Below are positions 53,061-64,000 of a stretch of 64,000 nt of DNA, one piece after another. A program made the position numbers and the translations under genes. This DNA is from Mobula hypostoma. Its lineage: Eukaryota. The notes beneath the pieces are model-generated. The model ran no database searches. It saw nothing but the letters and a program-made list of their open reading frames with translations, and was not told the origin of the DNA. The stretch covers positions 106,146,001 to 106,210,000 of the forward strand of contig NC_086108.1 in NCBI RefSeq assembly GCF_963921235.1, given 5' to 3'. Each line of letters opens with the position of its first letter. Positions within the stretch are counted from its first letter, which is position 1.

Positions 53061-54574
53061 TCTTAGAAGAGTCATAGGAATGTACAGCAAAGAAACAGGC
53101 CCTTCAGCCCATCTATTCCATGCCATACTCCCATTAACATGCACCAGGACCATAGTGCTCCATACCCGTCTCTTCCAAGTACCTATCCAAACTTCACTTC
53201 AACGTTGAAATCGAGCTCGCACTTATGCTGGCGGCTCTTTCGACACTCTCACCACCCTCTGAGTCACTTCCAGTGATCCTGCGCCTCTGCTGTTGAGCAA
53301 AACCTTGAAATCAGCTACTACCAGGCTCGAGGACAATGTCTATCAGAATGATGAAAGACTAAACTACCTCGTTACTTGCCCTCCTGCACTGCACTTTGTT
53401 GTACTTACAACATGATATTCTGCATCTGTATTTTCGTTCTGCAACCTCTGTACTGCGTTGTTATGTTCTATGTAACTCCCTGAAACCATACCATTCTGCT
53501 ACACTACACCAGATTGGCAGAGCAGATTCAGTGGGCTGAATGGCCTAATTCTTCTCCTTTGTCCTTTATGTCAGAACTCAACTCAAGGGCAGAAAAACCT
53601 TTTGAGTCTCTGAATTCTTGCTCTGCACAAATATTGCTGTCATGTCTGCAATAAACTATTTGCATTTTAAAGTAATTGATTGGATGCAGAGGGGACCATG
53701 TCATTTCCCGAATCAAAGATAAGATGTTAATGTAAATACGAATCTCTCTGTTGAGCTCCTGTGCTGATGTTGAAGGATGAATGAGTCACCAGTTACAGCA
53801 GTACTGTGAAATTCAGTTTAACCATACACTCCACCATGATTTATTCTTGTGGGAAGAAGTGCCATTTGTTTTCTAGTTACTTAAGTACTATGTTGGATGG
53901 AAAGAAGAAGAAAAAAAACAATAAATATGTCTGGCTCGGGAAAGGGCTGATTCTTTCAAACTACACCAGTACTTCCTGAGATTATCCATTACGCTTCTGT
54001 CTCGACACACCTAAGTTGACTTCAAATCAATCAGTCGAGACGGAAAGATCTTTTAATACACAATAAAGCTTCTTAACCTAGATTGCTTGCCATTAAATGA
54101 AAATGATTAAATTGATTAGGCAGCACAAGCTATCTCAGATTAGTTGATTTATGGAGTTATACAGCAGGGAAACAGGCCTTCAGTCCACCTGGTGCATGCC
54201 GACCAAGATACCCATCTAAATTAATCTCAATTGCTCATCTTTGGTGCATATCCCTTTAACCCTGCCTCTACCACTTCCTCTGCCAGATCATTCCAGATGC
54301 TGTCCATCCTATAGGTGAAAATGTGGGCCTTTCAGAAATGAAAGCGTTAACATATGAGGGGCATTTGATAGCTCCAGAACTGTACTCCTTGGAGTTTAAA
54401 AGAATAAGACCTTATGATATAGGAGTAGACTTAGGCCATTTTGGTGTATCAAGCCTACGCCACCATTTCATCATGGCTGATCCAGTTCCCGCTCAGCCCC
54501 AATCTTCTGCCTTCTCCCTGTATCCCTTCATGATCTGACCAATCAAGAATCTGCCTTAAGTATACCCAGTGACT

Positions 54575-55100
54575 TGGTATATCATACTCAGTTCTCATTG
54601 TTTCATTGTAGGAAGAACGTAGACACTTCAGCGAGGGTGCAGAAGAGATTCACCGGGATGTTGCCTGAATTAGAGAACATGTCTTATGAGGATAGGTTGA
54701 GCGAGCTAGGGCCTTTCTCCTTGAAGCAAAGGAAGATGACAGGTGACTTGACAGAGATGTACAAGATAGTGGGATGCAGAGATCAACTGGAAAACCAGAG
54801 ACTATTTCCCAAGGGGGGAGCGGCTGATACCAGAGGGCACAACTTTAAGGTGGTTGGAGGAAAGTATGAGGCAAGTTTTTTTTTCCACAGAGCGGAGAGT
54901 GCATGGAACGCCCTGCCAGAGGTGGTGCTAGAGGCAGATACCCTAGTGGCATTTAAGAAACTCTTAGATAGGTATGTGGATGATAGAAAAGTGAAGGTTT
55001 AAGTTGGAGTGGAGGGTTAGATTGATCTTAGAGTAGATGAGTAGGCACAACATCATGAGCTGAAGGGCCTGTATTGTACTGCACTGTGTTGTAATGTTCT
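54575..55100 (+). mobile_element. CR1 3' fragment
   Basis: ORF 54574..55002 RVQKRFTGMLP...TRGHNFKV...WNALP. Confidence 0.85.
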
Positions 55101-55719
55101 TTATTCTACATCCACTGTATGTTGTGTATACTTGTACTCCAAGGTCCATTGGTTCCACAACACTCCCCAGGGTCCAATCATTCACTGTGAGTCTGCCCTC
55201 ATTCATCTTCCAAAAATGTAACACCTCACACCTGTCCCAATCAAACTCACTTACCATTCCTCTGCCCACGTACCCAGATCCCTCTGTAAATCTGGATAAC
55301 CATTTTCACGCCTCCTGGTGCGGCCGCTCTCTCTAACCAACTACACAAGGTGGCCATAATTCTTACAGAGCAAGATTCGGCAAACAAATAAGATGCACGG
55401 CCGATGGAACTGCTTGTGGATGAAAGAGAATTTCATTTGGAAGCAAAACAATCACAGAGTCACAGAGAAATAGTACAGAAAAAGGCCTTTCAGCCCATCT
55501 AGGGAGGATCAGACACTTATTTTGGTACTAATCCGAACACTTATTTCTCCCCACATTTCCACCTAATTCACCCCCTCCCCCCATTTCACTCACTGGTCAC
55601 TGGAGGCAATTTAACAGCCAATCAGTCCATACATATTTGGAATGTGGAAAGAAACTGGAGTGTTCAGAGAGAAACCACGTGATTGCAGAGAAAGCGTGCA
55701 AACTCCACACCGACAGCAA

Positions 55720-56266
55720 CAGCATGTCTGTCCACAGTCTCTTCCACTGTCAGGATGAGGTGAAATCCAGGTTAGAGGTGCAACACTCCATCTGAGTAAT
55801 CTCCAACCTCTTGATACAAACATCGATTTCTCTAGCTTCTGGTAACCACGTACCCCTTTCACCTCACCTTTTTTTCCACCTCCTCCACAGTCTAGTGAGC
55901 TTCTTATCCCTTCTCTTCCCCCATCCTCATGACCTGTCCAAGACCTCCCTCTGGTTCTCCTCCTACTTTCTTTTACTTCACTGTCCTCTCTTATCAGATT
56001 CCATCTTCTTCGGCCCTTTAACTTTTCCACCTATCCCCTCCCAGCTTCTTACTTCAACCCCCTCCTGCACCCACCCACCTTCCCCCTCACCTACTCTTAC
56101 CTAAAACCTGCCAACTTCTACTCATCACCCTCCCTCCACCTTCTTATCCTGGCTTCTTCCTCCTTCCTTTCCAGTCCCGATGAAGGATTTTGGCCCAAAA
56201 TGTCGACTGTTTATTTCTCTCCACAGATGCGCCCTGACCTGCTGAGTTCCTCCAACATTTTCCATT
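55720..56266 (+). mobile_element. PLE 3' fragment and terminal repeat
   Basis: GIY-YIG end remnant, pyrimidine-rich UTR and decayed hammerhead at 56172-56209. Confidence 0.78.
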
Positions 56267-56880
56267 TGTAAGGGTTTCTTCTTTTATGTTACTACTAAGG
56301 TGAATAAAATGGCTTCTCTGTACTGTTAACTGCTGAGGCAGTGGTTCTCTATAGCAGTATGTATGGGTTATAATTAGTGATAACGGGAGTTGTGTTCATT
56401 TGCTAACCAATTGGGATAGATGTTATTCTTTCTGTCTGTGTGAAAGCTGTTAGTTTGTGTGGGCTTGAGGGATTGAGGGAGAAGGCGTGAGGAGGATGAA
56501 GAGAGAAGACGTGGCTTGAGGAGACGGTTGCCGGACCCGCTGGGCCTGGGCTCGGGGCGGGAGCCCAGGGGTCGATGACGAGCAAAGGAGGATCAGTGAA
56601 AAGGAATCCGTGAGCTCCAACTTTTGTGCACTGGACATGTTTAAACGATTATTGGTGTCTTTTGTTTGTTTTCTTTTTCTTTTGTTTCTCTTCTAACCTC
56701 ATACTTAAATATAAAATCTTAATTGTTTAACCGCACTTTGTGGAATGAATATTATTTCGGGGTACTGATGTTACACAGGGGACACAACACGCAGCATCCA
56801 CCCAAACAAGAGTGTTAAGGTTTGGCCGGGGAGGGGGCACCACCCCCGAGATTGTGCCCCTAGGCAAAGCCAGTGTTACA
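56267..56880. mobile_element. Probable solo LTR
   Basis: TGTAA...TTACA termini and flanks CATT/CATG. It interrupts the PLE tail, which resumes as GTATTGCTC. Confidence 0.7.
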
Positions 56881-57204
56881 CATGTATTGCTCCCCAATCT
56901 CTCATCATTTAACAAATACCCTGCTTTTCTAATTTGTGAACCAAACTTCACAATTGACTTTCATCCAGCACCATCTGCTTCCTATTATTGAGCCAATTTT
57001 GAATCCCCTCACTAGGCCCACAAAATCAAACTCAACCTAGTCTCCAGATCAAACTATCATGCAGGACCTTGTCAAAGGCCATACTAAAGTCCATATAGAC
57101 AACATATCCCATCTTCCTCACAAACTTTCCTATCCATGAACCTGTCCAATACATTTTAAATGTAGTTCTTCTATCTGCTTTAATTACTTTCTCTGGCAGC
57201 TTGA

Positions 57205-57722
57205 ACCTAATGAAATAGCGAGTGAGTGTAGGTTCATGGTTTTCTGGGGCTGTAGCTCAACCACTTCAACACCTGACATGTTGAGCGTTCAGGGATGGTC
57301 CTCTGCCCATCACTGCTGTAACAAGTGAATAATTGAGTTACAGTCGTCTTCCAGTCAGCTTGAACCAGTCTGGCCATTCTCCTCTGACCTCTCCCATTAA
57401 CAAAGCATTTTTGCCCACAGAACCGCCACTCAGTGGGAGTTGCTTTGTTTTCCACACCATTTTGTAAACTACAGAGACTGTTGTGTGTGAAAATTCCAAA
57501 GATCAGTAGTTTCTGCGGTACTCGAAACAACAATTATTCCAAGGTCAAAGTCACTTAGATGACATTTCTTCTCCATTCTGATGTTTGATCCGAACAACAA
57601 CTGAGCCTCTTGACCATGTCCACATGCTTTTATGCATTGAGTTGCTGCCACACGATTGACTGATTAGATATTTGCATTAACGAGCAGGTGCACAGTGTAC
57701 CTAATAAAGTGGCCACTGCACA
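57205..57722 (-). mobile_element. Non-autonomous Tc1-like element
   Basis: Reverse-complement homologue of 38428-38998; TIR TACCTAATAAAGTGGCCACTG. Confidence 0.78.
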
Positions 57723-57874
57723 TACGTCCTGAAATTTGTTGTTTTATAGCAGCAGTACTATGCAAAGTATGAACAATTACTGGATGTCACATAAAATATG
57801 CAAAATAGGAATAGTGAGGTAGTGTTCATTACCTCAGGTGTCTGCGGAAGCCAAGCCACTGAGAATAGGTAAAG

Positions 57875-58490
57875 CAGACCTACGCTCTGTCCGACAGAGA
57901 AAGCAGGATCTCCCAGTGGCCACACATTTTAATTCCGCATCCCATTCCCATTCTGATATGTCTATCCACGGCCTCCTCTACTGTAAAGATGAAGCCACAC
58001 TCAGGTTGGAGGAACAACACCTTATATTCCGTCTGGGTAGCCTCCAACCTGATGCCGTAAACATTGACTTCTCTAACTTTCGCTAATGCCCCACCTCCCC
58101 CTTGTACCCCATCCGTTATTTATTTATATACACACATTCTTTCTCTCTCTCTCCTTTTTCTCCCTCTGTCCCTCTCACTATACCCCTTGCCCATTCTCTG
58201 GGCTTCCCCCCTCCCCCTTTTCTTTCTCTCTGGGCCTCCTGTCCCATGATCCTCTCATATCCCCTTTGCCAATCAACTGTCCAGCTCTTGGCTCCATCCC
58301 TCCCGCTCCTGTCTTCTCCTATCATTTCGGATCTCCCCCTCCCCCTCCCACTTTCAAATCTCTTACTAGCTCTTCCTTCAGTTAGTCCTGACGAAGGGTC
58401 TCGGCCCGAAACGTCGACTGTACCTCTTCCTAGAGATGCTGCCTGGCCTGCTGTGTTCACTAGCAATTTTGATGTGTATTGCTTAAAGCA
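57875..58490 (+). mobile_element. Young PLE (Neptune-like) 3' fragment
   Basis: ORF end LRSVRQRKQDLPVATHFNSASHSHSDM...LRLEEQHLIFRLGSLQPD...DFSNFR*, with CpGs preserved in the tail. Confidence 0.9.
58383..58420 (+). ncRNA. Minimal type I hammerhead ribozyme motif
   Basis: TAGTC-CTGACGA-A-GGGT(CTCG)GCCC-GAA-ACGT-C^GACTG. Stem I TAGTC/GACTG, complete core, stem II tetraloop, palindromic ACGT stem III, GUC cleavage triplet. Confidence 0.85.
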
Positions 58491-59549
58491 GAATTTGACA
58501 GTTTTACCTCTTAAAGTCCAACCCAATGTCTCCGTCATGAGAGGTAGAAATGGATAAGGCCAGCCAGCAGGGCTCTGGTGAAGCTATATAGACCAATCCC
58601 CTGTGCAGTGGATGCAGTGGACCACAGAAATGTTGATGAACTCCCACCATACTATCGACTTCAGAGGACGACGGAGATGGGTGGTCATTGATGGCCAATG
58701 CGACACTGGGAGCTAAGTGCCTAAGTATTAAAGTAGGTTGCTAGGTCCTTGATTAGTTAGGGCATCAAAGGGTAAGGGGAGAAAGCAGAAGAATAAGGTT
58801 GATTGGGATAATCAATCAGCCATGATGGAATAGTGGAGCAGAATTGATGGGCTGAATGGTCTAATTCTGTTCTTATGTTATGGTCTATGTCACTTACAAA
58901 ATGTATTGCCTATCTTCACTGGCTGTTCATGATGCTCTGACCTGTCTGCCACAGTCTCTTTTACGGCAGCACTTAAAAGGCACGAGGAAATTTGACTATT
59001 GCTGCTGCTCGCCACTATTTTTGGCATTCTCAAGCTGTACACGCTCTCTCCTCCTTTTGTAATCTTAATCTGGTTTAAATGTTATGTTCCATCCAAATCT
59101 TTCATTTGAAATTTCTTGTTTCCGTTCCTTCTCGGTGGAAGAATCCACTCAGTTAAAACTTATAAGCCTTAGGAAATCAGCGAAGGTCATATTGCCCTTC
59201 TACTAGCCCAGCAGCTAATAGATTAACTTCTTTTTGAGTCGTAGTGTTGCCTCTGAAGTGTGACCTATTGGGAGTGCCTGAGACTGATTCTGGAATGTAC
59301 TCACGTTCAGGGTTTTTGAGCCTTGCAATTTGATTCTAGATATAGGCTGGAACTTTCCTGTCTTTGTGTCAGTACCACTGCTGCAGGTCTTTTTTTCCCT
59401 TTGTGGATACTAGCTCCGAGAATATTGCTGTTAAACCCAAAGATCTCTGAACTTACTCGGTGGTAATAATGATTGGATTGATTTACTCTGTTGCTATGAA
59501 TGCCTTGGAACTAAACAGAGCTAATCTTTGTTTTCTGTTAAATTTTATT

Positions 59550-59808
59550 TGGACCTGGCTGGTGGCATAGTGGCATCAGCGTCGGAATTCGGGACGAAAC
59601 TTTCTAATCCAGCCGGCTCCCCTACATGCTTTCCATCCGTGCTGAGTTACGAGCCGGTGATCTCTTTGGAAACTCACCTGGCAGAAGGCAATGGCAAACC
59701 ACTGCTGTAACTTGCCTCATACGCGGTTCCCCACTACATCAGAGAGGCGTGGAGGGAAATTGTCCGCTAACCGGAGAAACTCTGGATGCGACGTACCTTT
59801 CCTTTTCC
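59550..59808 (+). mobile_element. tRNA-derived SINE with RTE-type tail
   Basis: A-box TGGCATAGTGG; GAAGGCAATGGCAAACCACT motif; CCTTT tail; perfect 11-bp TSD TAAATTTTATT (59539-59549, 59809-59819). Confidence 0.82.
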
Positions 59809-60163
59809 TAAATTTTATTACCTGAGCCACTTCACTAAATCAGATTATACTTTCATTGTCTTTTATAGGGCCATGCAATATGCAAATAGGCTGTCGCGTT
59901 TTCGACATTGAAACAGTGACATTGGAGTCATGGAACTACATAGGATGAAAACAGCCCGTTCAGCCCAATCCTTCCATGCCAACCAAACTGTGAAATCGAG
60001 ATGGTCTTTTTTGCCTGCATTTGGCCTAAGTCACTCAGAAACTTTCATATTCATTTGCATATTCAAATAAAATGGTACCCTCCTCTACCATTTCCTCTGA
60101 TAGCTTGTTGAGTGCCTTTTAAATCTTTCTCCACTCACTTGAAATCTATTCCCACTGGATTTG

Positions 60164-60645
60164 GGATGGCACAGTAGCCTAGGGTTAGCATAACACATTC
60201 CAGTACCAGCGCCCAGTCCCACAGATGGCTCAATTCCATGGCGGCCTGTGCGGAGTTTGGACGTTCTCCCCATGACTCTGTGGCTTTCCTCCAGGTGCTC
60301 AGGTTTCTCTGCACATTCCAAAAACGTACCAGTTGGTAGGTTAATTGGTCACTGTAAATTGTCCCTGATTAGACTAGGATTAAAATGGGGGCTCGCCAGC
60401 TGGTGGTGTAGTGGCTTCAAGGCAAAGGACCCAAAGTTTGGTCTCCTTGCACACTTTCCATCCGTGCATCGAGCAAGCAGCTGGGACTCATAAAACATAG
60501 TCGAATGCTACAGGTAGCGCAGAAATGCCCCCTCCGCTGCGCCACAAGGTGCAAAAAGGAACAAAAACAACAGTAAAGTCGGGGGTTGCTGGGCAGCATG
60601 GCTCAAAGCGCCGGAAGGTTCTACTCTGTGCCGTATCTTAATAAA
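60164..60645 (+). mobile_element. V-SINE with nested SINE (about 60393-60573)
   Basis: V core at 60270-60330; the insert shares head and tail with the SINE at 33510-34080. Confidence 0.75.
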
Positions 60646-61679
60646 AAGCAAAAAAAAAATTGGCTTCCCCTGCCCTGGGAAATGCTCTCCTCTTGCCGCT
60701 GCCATTGGGAAAAATGTACAGGAGCCTTCGGTGCAACTGCTTGGTTCAGACACCATCAGGCTCCTGAACCAGTGTGGATAATGTCATTCATCTCAACTCT
60801 GAACCAAATCCATAACCTATAGACTCAATTTCAAAGACTACAACTCATGCTATCAGTATTATTTAAAACAGAATGAAACTTCATTGTCATTGCTCAAGAC
60901 AATGAGATTGTGGTGCTACTCCAGGCTGTGCAAAACAGATATTTACAATACATGCGGTACAGCTTAATTTTAAAGAAATCCCATATCTTCACACAACAAG
61001 TGACTTTGATAGTTCATAATACTCAAAGGCTATTGACAGGCCGGGGTATAGCATTATTCAGCTGCACAATCGCCCTTGGGAAGAAGTTGTTTTCTGTCTA
61101 ACTGTCTTGACTAAGATGTTTTTGTATCTCCTACCAGATGGCAGGAGATGGAACAGGCAGTGTCTGGGGTGGGATGGGTCTTTAATTATGTTAATTTAGT
61201 TAATTAATTACTTTATTTATTATTATTTTTTATTTGCACAGTTTCCCTGCTTTTGCTCATTGGTTGTCTGTTAGTCTTTGGGTGTCATTGATTCTATCGT
61301 ATTTATTTATTTTACTATGACTAGCTATAAGAAAATGGATCTCATAGTATATGGTGACATATATGAACTTAAATTTTTAAAAAATTGCTTTAAACTTTGA
61401 ACTTTTACCTTTACCCCTCATGAATTTATGAGTCTCAGTTAGGTCATTCCTCCGCCTCCTACGCTCCAGGGTAAAAGTCTGAGTCTATCAGGTTTCTTCT
61501 TATAACCCTCCAGTTGAGGTAACAATCTGCTACCATTAACTTTCTCTCCTCAGCAAGAGTCTTACCTTCGTCCCCCTCCCCCACTCTACCTGAAATGTAA
61601 AACGTTAAAGATAAAAAGTTGACATTATTTTTATCTGCCACACGTTTATTGAACCTGAATATGTACAGTGAAATACACT

Positions 61680-62520
61680 GACACGAAGAAATCTGCAGAT
61701 GCTGGAAATTCAAGCAAAACACAGAAAAAATGCTGGTGAACGCAGCAGGCCAGGCAGCATCTCTAGGAAGAGGTACAGTCGACGTTTCGGGCCGAGACCC
61801 TTTGTCAGGACTAACTGAAAGAAGAGATAGTGAGAGATTTGAAAGTGGAAGGGGGAGAGGGAGATCCAAAATGATAGGAGAAGACAGGAGAGGAGGGGTG
61901 GATCTAAGAGCTGGAAGGACTGTCTAGGCCCTGAATGATGGTGAGGACTAGGAATAGGGTTCCCCTTGTCCTAACCTACCAGCCCACCAGCCTCCGGGTC
62001 CAACATATAATTCTCCATAACTTCCGCCACCTCCAACGTGATCCCACCACTAAGTACATCTTTCCATCACCCCACTTTCTGCTTTCCACAGGGATCGCTC
62101 CCTACGCTACTCCCTTGTCCATTCATCTCCCCCATCCCTCTCCCTCCCAGCACTTATCCTTGTAAACAGAACAAGTGCTACACATGCCCTTACACTTCTT
62201 CCCTCACCACCATTCAGGGCCCCAGACAGTCCTTCCAGGTGAGGCGACACTGCAGCTGTGAGTTGGCTGGGGTGAGATACTGCGTCCGAGGCTCCTGATG
62301 CGGCCTTCTATATATTGACGAGACCCGACGCAGGCTGGGAGACCGTTTTGCTGAACACCTACGCTCTGTCCGCCAGAGAAAGCATGATCTCCCAGTGGCC
62401 ACACATTTTAATTCCACATCCCATTCCCATTCTGATATGTCTATCATTTTGCCGAACACCTACACTCTGTCCGTCAGAAACGTCGACTGTACCTCTTCCT
62501 ATAGATGCTGCATTCACCAG
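61680..62520. mobile_element. PLE with inverted terminal repeat (61680-61915, minus) joined to GIY-YIG region (61920-62445, plus)
   Basis: RVPLVLTY, CYTCPYTSS...YIDETRRRLGDRFAEHLRS. Minus-strand hammerhead at 61776-61813 with CTGACAA core. Confidence 0.88.
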
Positions 62521-62629
62521 TGAAATACATTGTTTGCGTCAATGACAAACACAGTCCGATGATACGTTGGTGGCAGCCCAAAGTGTTGCCACGCTCTGGT
62601 ACCAACATAAAATGCCCAGAACTCACTAA

Positions 62630-62810
62630 CTTTAACTCATATGTACGTCTTTGGAATGTAGGAGGAACCCAGAGCACCCATAGGAAACCTGCACAGTCAC
62701 GGGGAGAATATACAAACTCCTTCTAGACTCCGGCAGGAATTAAATTCCTATTTGACAGGTGGTAATGCAATAACATTACTCTAACCGCTACACTGTCCTG
62801 CTACCCCTAA
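62630..62810 (-). mobile_element. V-SINE
   Basis: Reverse-complement core TTCTCCCCGTGACTGTGCAGGTTTCCTATGGGTGCTCTGGGTTCCTCCTACATTCCAAAGAC. Confidence 0.8.
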
Positions 62811-63084
62811 CTTATTTGCTCTCTTCCTCAGTTCTAATGTAGAATCTCAGATCCAAGCGTTAACTGTTTGTTTCTCCATAGATGCTGTCTGGCCTTCTGA
62901 GTTTTTTTCGGTTTTCTTTTCTTTTATTTTAGATTTCGATCATTGATATTTTTAATATTTTAAATATTTGCTTTGATTCTCTGGGAAAATGTGAATAATT
63001 GAGTAGATTCTGGTGTGTTGATTTATTTTTAAGCAAAATATAACAATGTTTTAAGAATCTTTGAACTGATGCCAATGTTTACAG

Positions 63085-63181
63085 GAAGGGGTCCCAATGT
63101 TTCAAAGGAGCCCCAAGCCATCTGATTACATGGTTTGCCTCAATATTTACAGAACACCTCAGTATTGGCACAGTTTCCCAG
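63085..63181 (+). CDS. Candidate internal host exon (97 nt), possibly a Rab-GAP TBC-like helix
   Basis: Branch-like CTGAT (63066), acceptor TTTACAG and donor CAG|GTGAGT in non-repetitive DNA. Two open frames; one reads KGSQCFKGAPSHLITWFASIFTEHLSIGTVSQ. Confidence 0.45.
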
Positions 63182-63629
63182 GTGAGTGCCAATATTTGTA
63201 GGTAAATACAGGAGTTCGTTTCAACATTAACAGCTTTTCCTGCGTTGTTTCAGCATTCACAGGGGTCCTGCCTGGCAATGTATCTCAGTGTTAATAGTGG
63301 TTCCCAGCTCTCTGACGGTATTTAGAGGAACCCTGGGGAACCTCTGTCAATCTTAACAAGGTTTTCAGTACCTTGACATTGTTACAGAGGCCCCTGCTGC
63401 CTACAGGAGTCACTGAGTGTGTCTTGGTATCTATTGAGATTTCAACATCCACACCACTATTTGGAAGCGATGCTCAGGGTGTGGCAACTCTTGTGGGCGG
63501 CCACCAGCAAATACTCAGATTGTGTTGGTTATTAAGGCAAATGACATGTTACTTCGTAGGCTTCAAAGTACTTTAGACCATAAGATATAGAAGCAGAATT
63601 AGGTCATTCGGCCGATTGAATCTGCTCCA

Positions 63630-64000
63630 TGATTGTGTACAGTTCTGGTCACCGAATTATAGGAAAGATGTCAATAAAATAGAGAGAGTGCAGAGGAGAT
63701 TTACTAGAATGTTACCCAGGTTCCAGCACCTAAGTTACAGAGAAAGGTTGAACAAGTTGGGTCTTTATTCTTTGGAGCGTAGAAGGTTGGAGGGGGACTT
63801 GATAGAGGTATTTAAAATTATGAGGGGGATTGATAGAGTTGATGTGGATAGGCTTTTTCCATTGAGAGTGGGGAAGATTCAAACAAGAGGACATGAGTTG
63901 AGAGTTAAAGGGCAAAAGTTTAGGGGTAACATGAGGGGGAACTTCTTTACTCAGAGAGTGGTAGCTGTGTGGAACGAGCTTCCAGCAGAAGTGGTTGAGG
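63630..64000 (+). mobile_element. CR1 RT C-terminal fragment running off the window
   Basis: Translates CVQFWSPNYRKD...RVQRRFTRML...TRGHEL...WNELP. Confidence 0.9.

Noticed and set aside
59300..59432. Minus-strand exon with GTGAGT donor
   Set aside because: All three frames contain stops.
61776..61813. Second active hammerhead
   Set aside because: Core reads CTGACAA (G8 changed to A), expected to impair catalysis; counted only as a family copy.

Overview
Vertebrate nuclear DNA made almost entirely of nested, mostly decayed transposable elements. The mix of abundant CR1, V-SINEs and Penelope-like elements suggests a cartilaginous fish such as a ray (inference only). Recognisable elements: CR1 LINEs, Rex1/Babar LINEs, an L1 3' fragment, RTE pieces, two Penelope-like (PLE) families, several tRNA-derived SINE families, Tc1 derivatives, two Ty3/Gypsy proviral remnants and four solo LTRs. 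No complete host gene is visible; there are only a few isolated exon candidates, the best at 63085-63181. The main hidden signal is RNA-level. The dispersed PLE terminal repeat carries a minimal type I hammerhead ribozyme, intact at 58383-58420 and CpG-decayed in about ten other copies, and this module also appears inserted alone with target-site duplications. Other highlights: a tRNA-independent self-priming signature in the chromovirus at 45580-51109, a twin-priming-type 5' inversion in a CR1, and a SINE head joined to three different tails. Boundaries of old repeats are approximate, and no alignments or database searches were run.
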